DNA from: Azolla caroliniana
Lineage: Eukaryota; Plantae; Polypodiophyta
Reading direction: 5' to 3'
Length of the DNA stretch: 64,000 nucleotides
Assembly: GCA_043228905.1 (NCBI GenBank)
Contig: JBHGNT010000018.1
Location: 16,368,001-16,432,000 of the forward strand
The notes under the pieces were generated by a model. That model saw only the letters and a list, made by a program, of their open reading frames with translations, searched no databases and had not been told where the DNA came from. Position numbers and translations under genes: made by a program. Each line of letters begins with the position of its first letter. The first letter of the stretch is position 1. This document shows, one piece after another, positions 39,848 to 51,389 of the stretch.

Positions 39848-40599
39848 TGGTTTTGCATTTCCGCTGCCAACCGTCATCTACCCTCAACAACACTTCTTGT
39901 TTGCCCTATGAGAACCTCAAGCTTGATGAAACCATACTGAACAAAATCTAGATTTTAGTTAGACTAAAATCTTCTTATTGGCAACTTACAACATCGCACA
40001 CTGTGAAGAGAAAAGATACACCCGTTGATTTGCATTGCATTGAGCTAAATCACACCCCAAGTAAGCCATGCTCTTGTACTTTGTCCCTATGATTGTGGTC
40101 GCTCAAAGTGGAATCTCCATCAAATAAGCCCCATCCGTGTTTCACCAGGTTAAGTGACATTCAGTCAAGCCAGTTGGCGTTGCCCATCTATTCGATGTAG
40201 TCACTTGGAGCAAGATCGGTCTTGTAATCGGCACCAACTAATCTGTGATTGGAATCGAAATTGGCACAATAGTGCCTTATTTGAAATCAACAATCAATTC
40301 GGCAAGTTTAATTGGCAAACTCGGGTCCAACCTAGCTAAACCAATTCGTTCATAGCCACTCCGGATCGAACACGACTATAACCGAAGCCGATTCGGCTTG
40401 TATACAAATTCGGTTGAAACAAATTCGAGTGAGCCAATTGGCTGCAAAGAGTCTTTCAGCCGACACGGTTTGAGATGGCCTCAACCTCCGGTTCATTAGA
40501 GTTGAGTCTGAGAAATTTCGAGGACTCACTGTCATGGACACACCAACCGTGGATTCTGACGGAGCACAGATGATGGGGCTATGAGCGTGGAACTTAAGA

Positions 40600-40970
40600 A
40601 GTTGGGAATGACACAAGAGCATGAAGACAAAGACGAAGAAGGAGAAAAGATAGAATGAAATGAGAATACTAGATTGATGTGTCAATGACTGGTGTTGAAT
40701 CCCTTGAAAGGGACCAAAGAGGTTACAAGTATATATATTGTGAGTTGACGTACATGCATTAGAATATTCTAGAGAATATTCTAGAACCTTCTAGTTCTAA
40801 AACTTTCTAGAGGTATGTGAGTAAAGGGTATGTCTCGATCAACTATATCATATACAAATAAATGCTCATATCAAAATGGTTGAGCATGATATCTTGTTGA
40901 GTGAGGTTGCAGGTTTAATCCTCATCAATTATGTATTTTATGTCATTGTGTCATGTCATTATCCTCCCTT
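40600..40970 (-). mobile_element. Relic chromovirus-type LTR, distantly related to 58088-58513
   Basis: Shares gactggtgttgaa, ttctagaa repeats, a tRNA-like segment and the terminal catg(t)ca..atc.tccc.tt PPT context with the LTR at 58088. Confidence 0.5.
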
Positions 40971-41099
40971 TTATGGTTACCTTTTCAAAACCGTGGTGTA
41001 GGGATGAGTGGAAATTGAAGCACCGACGGGCGTGAGTGACCATGTGCAGTCATAACCGGAGACACGGACACTGACGGACGTGAGCGACCATCTGCGGTC

Positions 41100-43836
41100 C
41101 TCACCTCACCAACTACATATTTTATGTCACTATGCCCTGACAGCAACAGGACGGGCCAATGGCCGAATTATGAGAAGCTGTGGATTTTTGGGTGCGAAGC
41201 GTTCCCCCGAAATCTTGAGCGGAAGGACAACCGCCGAAAGCTTGAGCTGCGATCCCGAAAATGTATTTTCCTTGGCAATGGATCTGACGGCGAGTTCGGC
41301 CACCGTCATTGGGATCCGAAAAACAGACAAGTCATCCAAAGTTCGAATATCATTTTCAACGATTCAGAGATGCACAAGTAGGCCGAAAGGCCAATTGAAG
41401 TCAGAAGAGTCACATCTTCAGACTCTTTGACTCCTTCTAAAGGCCCAACACAACACAAAAGAGCGGCAACATGGCAAGTCGCCTCTAGGGACCATGGTTG
41501 TTTACGTACCCGTATTTAACGTTTAAATACGTATAGTACCTCATCATTTGTATAGTACGTATTATACCTCAATGTTGTTCAGTCAAATATCATGTACATT
41601 TGTCCAATACGGTATTTAACGTATTTATAAAAAAATAGGTATAATACGTATTTATAAAGAAAATGTAAGTAAAACCCTAACAAAAAGAAAAAGAGAAAAA
41701 AGATTTTAGTGAAAAAGAAGCCAAAGGAAAGAAGAAACAAGAATAGAAGAGACGAAGATGAAGAAGATGATGATGATGAAGAAGAAGAAGAAGAGAGAAA
41801 AGAAGACATAAACCTATCCTGAGTGTGATAATCGCAGTAGATAGAAGAAGTAGAAGAAAACGAAGAAAAGAGAAACCTATCATGAGTGTGATAATCGTAG
41901 ACGATTCCTCAATCTGTGAAGGCATAATTGTAAATAATTACAATTTGAAGTAGAACATCGTGATACACACTTACACTGATTTATAGAATAAGGGAATGTC
42001 GACATCTATATTACTACAAGTATTTTAGGATGTGAAATGTTCAAATGTCTTATATGCATTTTAGGATGTAGAACAATATTGTACATCACAAAATTGTGTA
42101 AACATAGATGTTTTTTACAATATTATAGATATTTTTTAGAAAGGTAAATAATTTTCAAATTCTAGAAGTATTTAACGTACTATACGTAAAATACGTATTT
42201 AACGTATTTTATAAATATTTAACATATTAAGAAAACGTATTTAACGTATTTTAAATTGGGAGGTACTATACGGGTATTAATACGTTAAATACGTATGGTA
42301 TCCGTACCGTACCTAACGTACCTAACAACCTTGCTAGGGACAAGTTTGCTCAAAGAGCAACCTAAGTAGCGATCCACAAAATGGATCTGCTACTCACGAA
42401 ACCATCACCAGTGATGATCTAATGAGTCCAATTGTTCCACGAAAATATGAATGATTGTCTCAGTCATCGATGAGATATTCTCCTAGTCTCTTTTTCACGA
42501 ACGCCAGCGAGTCAATGACCTATGAAGAAGCATTGGCATGTGCCGATTCAGCCACTTGGCATCTGGTGATGGAGTCTGAAATGAACTCCATTCGGAATAA
42601 CAAGACATGGAACCTAGTTGAGTTCTCGACACATTGACGTGCTCTCCCTTGTAAATGGGTCTATTAGCTTAAAGAGACATTAGATTCAACAAGTCCCAAG
42701 TATAAAGCCAGAGTAGTCGTGAAGGGTTTCCCACAAGAATATGGCGTCAATAAATTGATGGTATCTTTTCACCAATAATTGTGAAAAAGACCACCCTTTG
42801 ATTCCTACTCAGTGTAGTGGCAGTTGAAGGTTTGGAGTTGATCAAGCTAGACATGAAGATGACATTCCTCCATGGTGACCTAGAGGAGGAAATCTATATG
42901 GAACAGTTGAAAGGCTTTGTTGAACCCCACCGCGAAAGTCTAGTCTGCAGACTCGAGAAGAGTCTCTATGGATTGAAAAAGGCTCCTCAACAGTGGTACA
43001 AGAAGTTCAACGATTTTATACAATCGGTCGGCTTCTCCAAGAGCGATGAGGACCATTACCTCTTCTCAAAAATAGCTCAAGTTGGGTTTCCCAACTTCCT
43101 CATCTTCTACGTGGACGACATGCTACTCTCTAGCATACATGCTAGAGAGCTTTGCCGATCTTGTTCGGCAACTGCAATTGAATTTTGCAATGAAGGACCT
43201 AGGTCTGGCTCGGCACATACTCGGAATGAAGATTAGTCGGCTCCGGAATCAGCAACAATTACTTTTGTCCCAAGCTGACTACATTAGACGTGTCTTGGAG
43301 CGCTTCAACATGCAATCGACCAAATCTGCTTTGACCCCGCACCCCATTAACCTTCGGCTCTCTCAACAAGACTATCTGACATCCGGTCCAGAGGGGGAAT
43401 ATATGAAGTCAGTATCGTATGCACCGGTACTCGGCTCCTTGATGCCCGCAATGGTCACAACACGGCCTGACATAGCATATGTCATAGGAGTTGTAAGTAG
43501 ATTCATGCACAACCCCGACCGATCGCATTGGAATGCACTTAAGCATGTATTCAAATACATGGTAGCAAGAACAAGAACAAGAACTCAGGTGTAGTCGACT
43601 ACACTGACTCGAACTTTGCCAGTTGTGTGGACAACCAAGAGTCAACAACCGGTTACCACTTCAAATTCAACAATGGAGCAATTCCATGGAAGACGAAACT
43701 CCAGGAGTGCACAACCACTTCAACCACCGAAGCCAAATACGTAGCCGCATTCGACGCGGTGAAAGAGGCTCTATGGCTCGATCGGCTAGCATGTACGTTT
43801 TGACAAGCCAATTCCAATTCAGCTCCAGTTGTATAC
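41100..43836 (+). mobile_element. Degenerate Ty1/Copia integrase-end/RT/RNase H relic, interrupted by a hAT MITE
   Basis: IFGCEAF...KLELRSRKCIFLG; YKARVVVKGF; LDMKMTFLHGDLEEEIYMEQ; KSLYGLKKAP; YVDDML; TRPDIAY. Confidence 0.88.
41493..42333. mobile_element. Non-autonomous hAT element (841 bp)
   Basis: Perfect 8-bp TSD CTAGGGAC (41485-41492, 42334-42341); TIRs CATGGTTGTT / CAAGGTTGTT (reverse complement of right end); many cgtatttaacgta subterminal repeats. Confidence 0.9.
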
Positions 43837-46800
43837 TGTTGGGAAATCGGTCTCTCCGGATGGGATTGGTGATGAATAAAGAGGACCCGGTGAGAACCAG
43901 AAGAGATCCGGAAACTGGAGGAGACCTGGTGAGAACTAGAAGAGAGCCGGTGAGAACCGGAAGAGAAGACATATATGTAAATATGTTTTGAGTGAGCCTA
44001 TTGAGGCTATATTTGTAAATAGCCCTAAGTTCATATAAGTATAAATATGACTTAGGGAAATCACTTTGTAATGTTTTTGTAGTGGTCATACTGTTGTAAC
44101 TGTTGTACAGAGAGAGCAAGAGAGAGAGAGTGAGAGAGAGAGAGACAGAGAGAGAGAGCGAGAGAGTAGCTACGAGCACTCTCTGTTGTAACCGTCGTCT
44201 GGCGAAGATTGCGAGCACGAGGTCGTTGCCTCTATGCCTCCACTTTGTATTTCCTCTCATATAGTGATAGTTGGAGTCCGTGGGCGCCTGTGGTTTTTCC
44301 CTATTAGGGTTTTCTACAAAACATCCTGTGTACTCTCTCGTTCTTTCCCATTTCAGTGATTCAAGACTAAGTTGTCGCCGAGCGATATTCCGCGCTATTC
44401 CTCTCAAACTGGTATCAGAGGAAACAACACAGGAAATGGAAGAATCATTCAACGGCATGTTCAAGCTCACCGGCTCCAACTACTCAGTGTGGAAGTCGAA
44501 GATGAGGGATATACTCGTGGTTAAAGATCTTTGGTTGTCGGTTCAATTCAAGGACAAGAGACCAGATAAGATCAACACCACAGTGTGGGAGGTGATGCAC
44601 ATTAAGACGACGGTATACATCTGGTGCTTCATCGACATGAGCTTGTACAACAACTTTAAAGAAGAAACTAAGGCTCATGAACTCTGGGAGAAGATCGGCA
44701 TCATGTTCCAGAACAAGAATGTTGTTAACCGGGTTTTGGTATTCCAGAAACTAGTGAGGCTCCGGTACCAAGACGGCTCCAGCATGGCAGAGGACATGAA
44801 TGCCTTCCAAGGGCTAATACATCAAGCAAGCTCGTTGGAAGTACCTCTTGCCGATGAGGTACTAGCATTGCTCTTGCTCGGTTCCCTCCCGGATAGTTGG
44901 GAGACGTTTAGTTGTCACGTTGGGCAATGCCCGGCTGAAAGGAAAACAGTTGTCCCTAGCAAGGGTAAAATCAAGCCTGCTAGATGAAGAAGCTCGCCGG
45001 AAGGACCGGGAGTCCGGAACCGATCTGAAGGCCTTGGTCACAGAAGATGACCACAATCGGGGAAGATGCCGGTATCGGAGTCCCCAAAACTGGGACAAAT
45101 CGGGGACGAGGTCGAAGTCAAGGAGGAAGCCCACGTGCTTCTATTGCGGGAAGCCAGGACATTTCCAGAAAAGCAGTCGGCATTTACGGAAAGAGAAGGA
45201 AACCGGCACTACTGATTCGAAGAAGAGTTCAGACCGAAACAGTTCAGACCGAAGAGGACCGGATCTGAAGGGAATGTCGGCGATCGCGACAAGTGAAGAA
45301 GAACTGATGCTCATTACTGAAGAGAATGAGTTAAACCTTGTCGGCGACAAGACAACATGGGTTGTCGATTCCGGAGCGTCGTTCCACCTGACACCGGATC
45401 GGAAATGCTTCTCATCCTACACAACCGGTGATCATGGTTGTGTCCGGATGGGGAATGAAGGCACATGCCGAATTATCGGCATAGGAGATTTGTTGTTGGT
45501 GACATCAACCGGATGCAAATTGTTGTTGAAGGATGTCCGACACGCTCCGGAGGTTCGACTGAACCTGATATCAGCCGGTCGGCTAGATGATGAAGGCTAC
45601 ATGGGTAGCATCCGGAACGGTGTTATGAAATTCAACAAGGGAAGCTTGATAGTGGCTCGAGCCTGGAAGATCAACACACTGTACTTGATGAATGCTCGGA
45701 TATGCCGGGAAGAAGTGAATGTAGCATTCGACACTACCGGTGAGCTGTGGCACAAATGACTGTGTCACATGAGTGAAAAGGGGATGAAGAGGCTTGCCGA
45801 AGACAACCTCATTTCGGTGAAGGACGTGCAGCTTGAGAAGTGCACCGATTGCTTGGCCGACAAGAAAAACCAAACCTCCTTCCGGTCAAGACCACCGATG
45901 AGACGGAATGCACCACTGGAGTTGGTGCATACCGATGTGTGTCAAGTGGACACAAAGTCACATGCCGGATCACAGTACTTCGTGACGTTCACAGATGACC
46001 ACAGCCTGAAGCTGTGGGTCTCACCATTGAAGACGAAGGATCAAGTGTTATCCATCTTCAAGGAGCTCCACGCGAGAGTGGAAAGAGAAACCGGTCGGAA
46101 GCTTAATGCGGTTCGAGCAGATAATGGAGGAGAATACCAGGGGCAGTTCGAGGAGTATTGCCGGTCGATGGGAATCTGGCTCGAGTTTATTGTGCCGAAG
46201 ACGCCGGAACTAAACGGGTTGGCCGAAATGATGAACCGGACCATAATGGAGAGAGTCTGGAGCATGCTAGCACATGCAAAGTTACCCAAGACATTTTGGG
46301 AGGCGCTAACGACGGCGACCTATGTGATAAATAGATCAACCTCAGCACCCTTGGAAGGAGACTCACCTCAGAAAGTATGGACCGGTAAAGATGTATCTTA
46401 CCGGCATCTGATGGTGTTCGGGTGTCTCACATATGTGCATGTTGCAAAGTACAAGAGAGCAAAGTTGGATCCAAAGTCCTGGCCATGTATATTCCTTGGA
46501 TACGACGATGATGAGTTCAGTTACCGGGTGTGGAATCTGGTCGACAAGAAGGTGTTCCAGAGTCGGGACATAGTCTTCATGGAAGACAGGAACATTGCCG
46601 ACTGGGAGTTGGAGAAGGTGATGAACTCCGGATCATTCATTGAAAATCGGCTCGAGGACACAAGGACTTACCCGGTTGAAAACCGGACACTAGCCGGTAA
46701 CCGGATGACACTTGATGAACCGGCCGGATATGGATAATTAACCGAACCGACCGAAGAAGAAGTAGAAGAAGAAGAAGACACCAAACCGGACAAAATCCCG

Positions 46801-47998
46801 AATCGGATTTGTATGAGGAACAAATGGAGGAACCAGCAGTCAGAAACCACAGACGGAGATATCCTCTCCGAGAGAGAAGCGCCCCCCGGAGATTTCCGGA
46901 TGCAGAGCATGTGTTGCTAACCGATGAGGGGGAGCCGGAAAGCTTTGAAGAAGCAAAGAGAAACCTCACATCTACAAGTTGTTGAGTGCCATGTAGGATG
47001 AGATGAATTCCCTGCATGAGAACCACACATATGAACTGGCGGAGTTGCCGAAAGGGAAGAGAGCACTCCGGGACAAGTGGGTGTACAAGTTGAAACCGCG
47101 AGATGCTGGAAATCCACCCAGGTATAAGGCCCGAATCGTGGTGAAGGGCTTCTAGTAGAAGAAAGGAATGGATTTTGATGAGATATTTGGCCCGGTAGTA
47201 AAGATGACATCCATCCGGTATTGGGCATAGCGGCAAGCATGGACCTCGAGGTAGAGCAACTGGACATCAAGACAACATTCCTACATGGTAACCTCAAAGA
47301 AGAGATCTACATGCATCAACCGGAAGGATTTGAAAGGAAAGGGAAGGAACACCTGGTGTGTCGGCTGAAGAAGAGCCTATACGGACTGAAGCAAGCTCCC
47401 CGGCAATGGTACCGGAAGTTCGACTCCTTCATGACCGACCAGGGGTACCACAAGACGCAAGCCGATCACTGCGTGTTTGTGAAGAAATTTGATGGAGGAG
47501 ATTTCCTGATACTCCTCTTGTATGTGGATGATATGTTGATCGTCGGACGAGACCAAGGAAAGATTCAGATGCTGAAGAAGGCTCTGAACTAGACCTTCTC
47601 AATGAAAGACTTGGGGCCGGCAAGACAGATATTGGGGATGCACATTATCCGGAACCTGTCGAAGAAGTTGTTGTGGTTGTCATAGGAGATGTATGTGACA
47701 AAGGTGCTTCAACGGTTCAACGTGTCGGATGCGAAACCGGTCGGATCGACACTTCCGGCAAACTGCAAACTATCCAGATTTAGATATGTCGGCTGATGTA
47801 GATACTAGCCGGTCAAAATCCAAATATGTCATGACTTATGTAGGGGGAGCTGTTTTGTGGCAGTCCAGGCTGCAGAAGACGGTTGCATTGTCAACCACGG
47901 AGGTGGAGTACATGGCGGTTGTAGAAGCCGGCAAGGAGAGAATCTGGATGAAGGACTTCATCGGAGAGCTAGGAATCCAACAGGAGGAATATTGGCTC
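43837..47998 (+). mobile_element. 3'-truncated Ty1/Copia (5' LTR 43837-44406, PBS-Met at 44410, degenerate gag-PR-IN-RT-RH)
   Basis: tggtatcagag; gag from ATG ~44437; CFYCGKPGH; WVVDSGASFH; integrase HTDV/DNGGEY/NGLAE; RT KSLYGLKQAPRQW and YVDDML; RNase H VALSTTEVEY; deletion near 47775; no 3' LTR. Confidence 0.92.
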
Positions 47999-48302
47999 TA
48001 CGAATATACCTTTTGAATATATGCAAGCCATCCATCTGTCATCTCTTCATTCATAACTATTGGTTGATCTTTGGGCTTCCATAAAGGATGCAAAATATGT
48101 GTAATAATATGAATTGGCTTTTTGAACCCTAAACCCTAAACATTCCAAAATCTCTTTATATCTGCATTAACATTTGAATTTGAATCAAAACTCGAAATCA
48201 GTTACCAAAATATGCATAACGAAGTTGATATCAATGATTCAAAGAAATGAAAAAGATGCAATAAACAACAAATGTACATACTACATAGTACATAGAAACA
48301 TA

Positions 48303-49786
48303 TTACCTGTCCTTGTTTAATGTGTCCTCTCTCGCTCCTTGTTGCAATTTGTCTCCAACCCTCCTCATGAACTCATAAAGTAAGCCCATTGTATATCCTT
48401 CATGATCAGTTAGCCACAAAACATAAAACAATGGACGCATAATCGAAATTACAATCATAATTGAAGGCAAAGTAGAGCTATCTTGCACAATGGACTTCAC
48501 CTTGACCACATCCGGCTTTTTGGAGTCACTCCAATCCTCCCAATAGTTACTAACCATAGTTTGTTCAAGGGCTCTCCAAACTCTTGCCAACCTCTCAAGG
48601 ACAATAAGAATGTAGCCAAATCGAGTGGCACCTGCCCTAAGGAGCACAAGAGATGAATAGTTGCTGAACATTTTTCGTGCATTCCTTTTCTTGGTGAATA
48701 GTCTAACCACACAATTTGCTCTCTTGTGCACTTGACGAACCCAAATCAACTTCCCAATATCCTCTAGCAATAAATCTAAACAATGTGATCCACAAGGAGT
48801 CCATACAAGGCTTGGGAATTCAGTCTCTAGAATGTGACCCATGCTAACACAATTAGATGCATTATTCGTGACAATTTGCACCACATTTTCTACTTTTACT
48901 TCCTTTATCGCAGTTGATAGCATTTCATCCAACCATGGACCATCAACCCTTGTAGAAACACCACTACAATCAATAGTTTAAGGTACATTGTGCCATAACA
49001 ACATGAGACCAAAATATTCACAAGTGCTCGTTTGCTAGTGTCAATCCATCCATCTGAAAGTATGGTAACTCCATATTTTGACCAAAGGGCTTTCACATTT
49101 TCCACTTTGTATTGCACATTCAAATGCTCTTTCTTTAAATATTTAACTCTTAAATCATTGTAGGTAATACCACTATACGTTTCCCCAATATCAGAGAAAG
49201 CTAACAACATGTTCCTCCAACATGACATTTTCAAAAGATTAAAAGATAGATTACCTTCCACAATGCATCTAACCAACATTGTGTTTGCATGGTCTTTCTT
49301 GATCAACATAGCGGCACTTGATCCTCTCCTTATCGTGGTTTGAGTGAGACTTTTTCTTCTTGAACCTTCTGTATCTTCAATATCAATAGGAATTTGGTCT
49401 ATTGAATCCTTCTTAGATGAGGCACATATGCTATCCATTGAAGGTTGTGTTTGGAACATTCAATCAACCATTGAATCCACCATGCCTTCTTGAAGCTCAA
49501 TTTGTTTTTCCATGGCTTCTACTTCTTTAATGTGTTTTAGCTTCTTGCGAGTCAATGCACTTTCTTGTGCTACTGCTATAGCATCTTGATATGCCTCTAG
49601 AGTTACTTGCACACACTTGTCTATACCTTCACCTTTAATTCCAGCAAGGTGACCAACTAAACATGTTAGTGTCCTAGACCCATGAAAACCACATAATTTT
49701 CAATCCCAATAATAGTTCCCAAATGACTTCCCAGCTTGTTTGTTCAAACAATACTTATCCCATAAGGGAGATTCCTTGCGTGGCAT
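48303..49786 (-). pseudogene. Degenerate hAT-family transposase (BED-finger-like N-terminus, DUF659-type core)
   Basis: GVTILSDGW, ALVNILV, VVQIVTNNASNC, WTPCGSHCLDLLLEDIGK, ATRF. N-terminal W...GHLAG...C region at ~49600-49786. Frameshifts and stops; likely splice donor AG|GTAA near 48305. Confidence 0.82.
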
Positions 49787-50388
49787 GGTTGATTGAGGAT
49801 GACAAGTTTTAGAGACTCGAAGTTGTCTTTTATATTGTCCTAAATTCATGAATCCACAATGTTAAATGTGTGAATAAGGAAATAATGTGATGTAACAATG
49901 CAGGAAGAAGTTTAAAATTTAAATGATAGGCATAAGCAAATGGCAAATCCGAATGGAAGATACTTGCCTAAGCAAATGGCATTCCATCCCCATCAAGAGG
50001 AAAAAATTATTATTCATTAGAAATGAATTATAAAAGAGCACATAATCACAGAACTTTTACCTGTGATGTCCGTGTGCTCTTGTATGAAGACATTATTCTT
50101 TGATAAGTCACCACAAGCTATCAATGTCTGTATCTGCCACCAACATTGTTGTATTAAAGAAGGGATAGACACACATAAACCCAAACCATACATGTAACAT
50201 GTTGTATTATACTATAATCTATTATGCATATAAGTTTATGGGATCTGTGTTTTGATGAATTCAATAGGAAAAATTCCAAAATACTTGTTCCAAAATCTTA
50301 AGAGTGATAGTGACAATTTAGTGAGATATCATGACTAGGAAATAGATGTAAAGAGTGTCACAATTGTATGCATCACGAATCATACATG

Positions 50389-50477
50389 TATACAATACAA
50401 TACAATACAAACATGCACACACACATACATACATACAATACAATACAATACAATACATACATATACATATGTGTGTG

Positions 50478-50525
<48 letters not shown>

Positions 50526-50554
50526 TGTGTTTGTATTGTATTGTATTGTATTGT
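50389..50554. repeat. Compound microsatellite (TACAA)n / (CA)n / (TG)n / (TTGTA)n
   Basis: Directly visible. Confidence 0.9.
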
Positions 50555-51389
50555 AAATACTCACTTCTTCTCTTCCTTTCTTTCCTGTGTAGCCAAGGGA
50601 AGGCACAAGATAAAGAATGAGATAATGGCCGATTGTTGTCGAGAGCTGAGCTTTAGCTCTTCCCCATCCCTCCGCTCTACGCCTCTCCATCTCACACAGA
50701 AGACATTCTCCAATGATGACGTTGTCGAGGTATTCCTCGTGGATGCGTGGAATGAGGCGGCACCTCAGGGGTCCTGTACCGAAGAGCAAGAGAGAAAGGA
50801 GAAGAGACCCACTACGTACGAGCGTAGATTCACAGGGACACGGCCCTTCGACACAAAGACGCGAGTGGGACAACGACACAGAGAGACACGAATGTATGTA
50901 TGTATTAACAAAGACAAAACAACAAAAGCACAAAGTCGGTTACAACCAAACAGGCCGGCGAACAGATGCCGATGCCTGTTCGCAAACGCTCAGAAAGGAA
51001 GGAGTAGGTTGGAGGTGCTGCCGGAAGCACTCGGGCATTCCTCAGAGCAGCGCGAGCCTCCCGAAACCTGCACAGAAAGAAGCTATGGAGTTTGGAAGAG
51101 AGAGAAGCCTTCGGCCCACAATCCGACAACACTTCGTCCTCTCTTACTTCGCAATCCCTTCCTCCTCCTCGTCTCCCTCCTTTTATAGGCAAGAAGGGAG
51201 CCGTTTCCTATTAACTTCCTACCTACTGAATCTACCTACCTAGGATCTTCCATGTCCCTAATTCTCTCCTATATACAACACAAGGCGTACGTGCATGAAG
51301 AGTCGGTTCCTATGCTCCGGCGCACCGATTCCGCTCGTGGACGTTTTTCTTCACGACATCCGCCCCCACCTAACCGCGCATCCACCGGT

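Noticed and set aside
48125-48140. AACCCTAAACCCTAAA as interstitial telomere
   Set aside because: Only about two units; common telo-box-like sequence.
50355-51243. 277-aa and 176-aa ORFs (and their copies at 56913-57615)
   Set aside because: They run through microsatellite and LTR sequence on the strand opposite the element and show no protein motifs.
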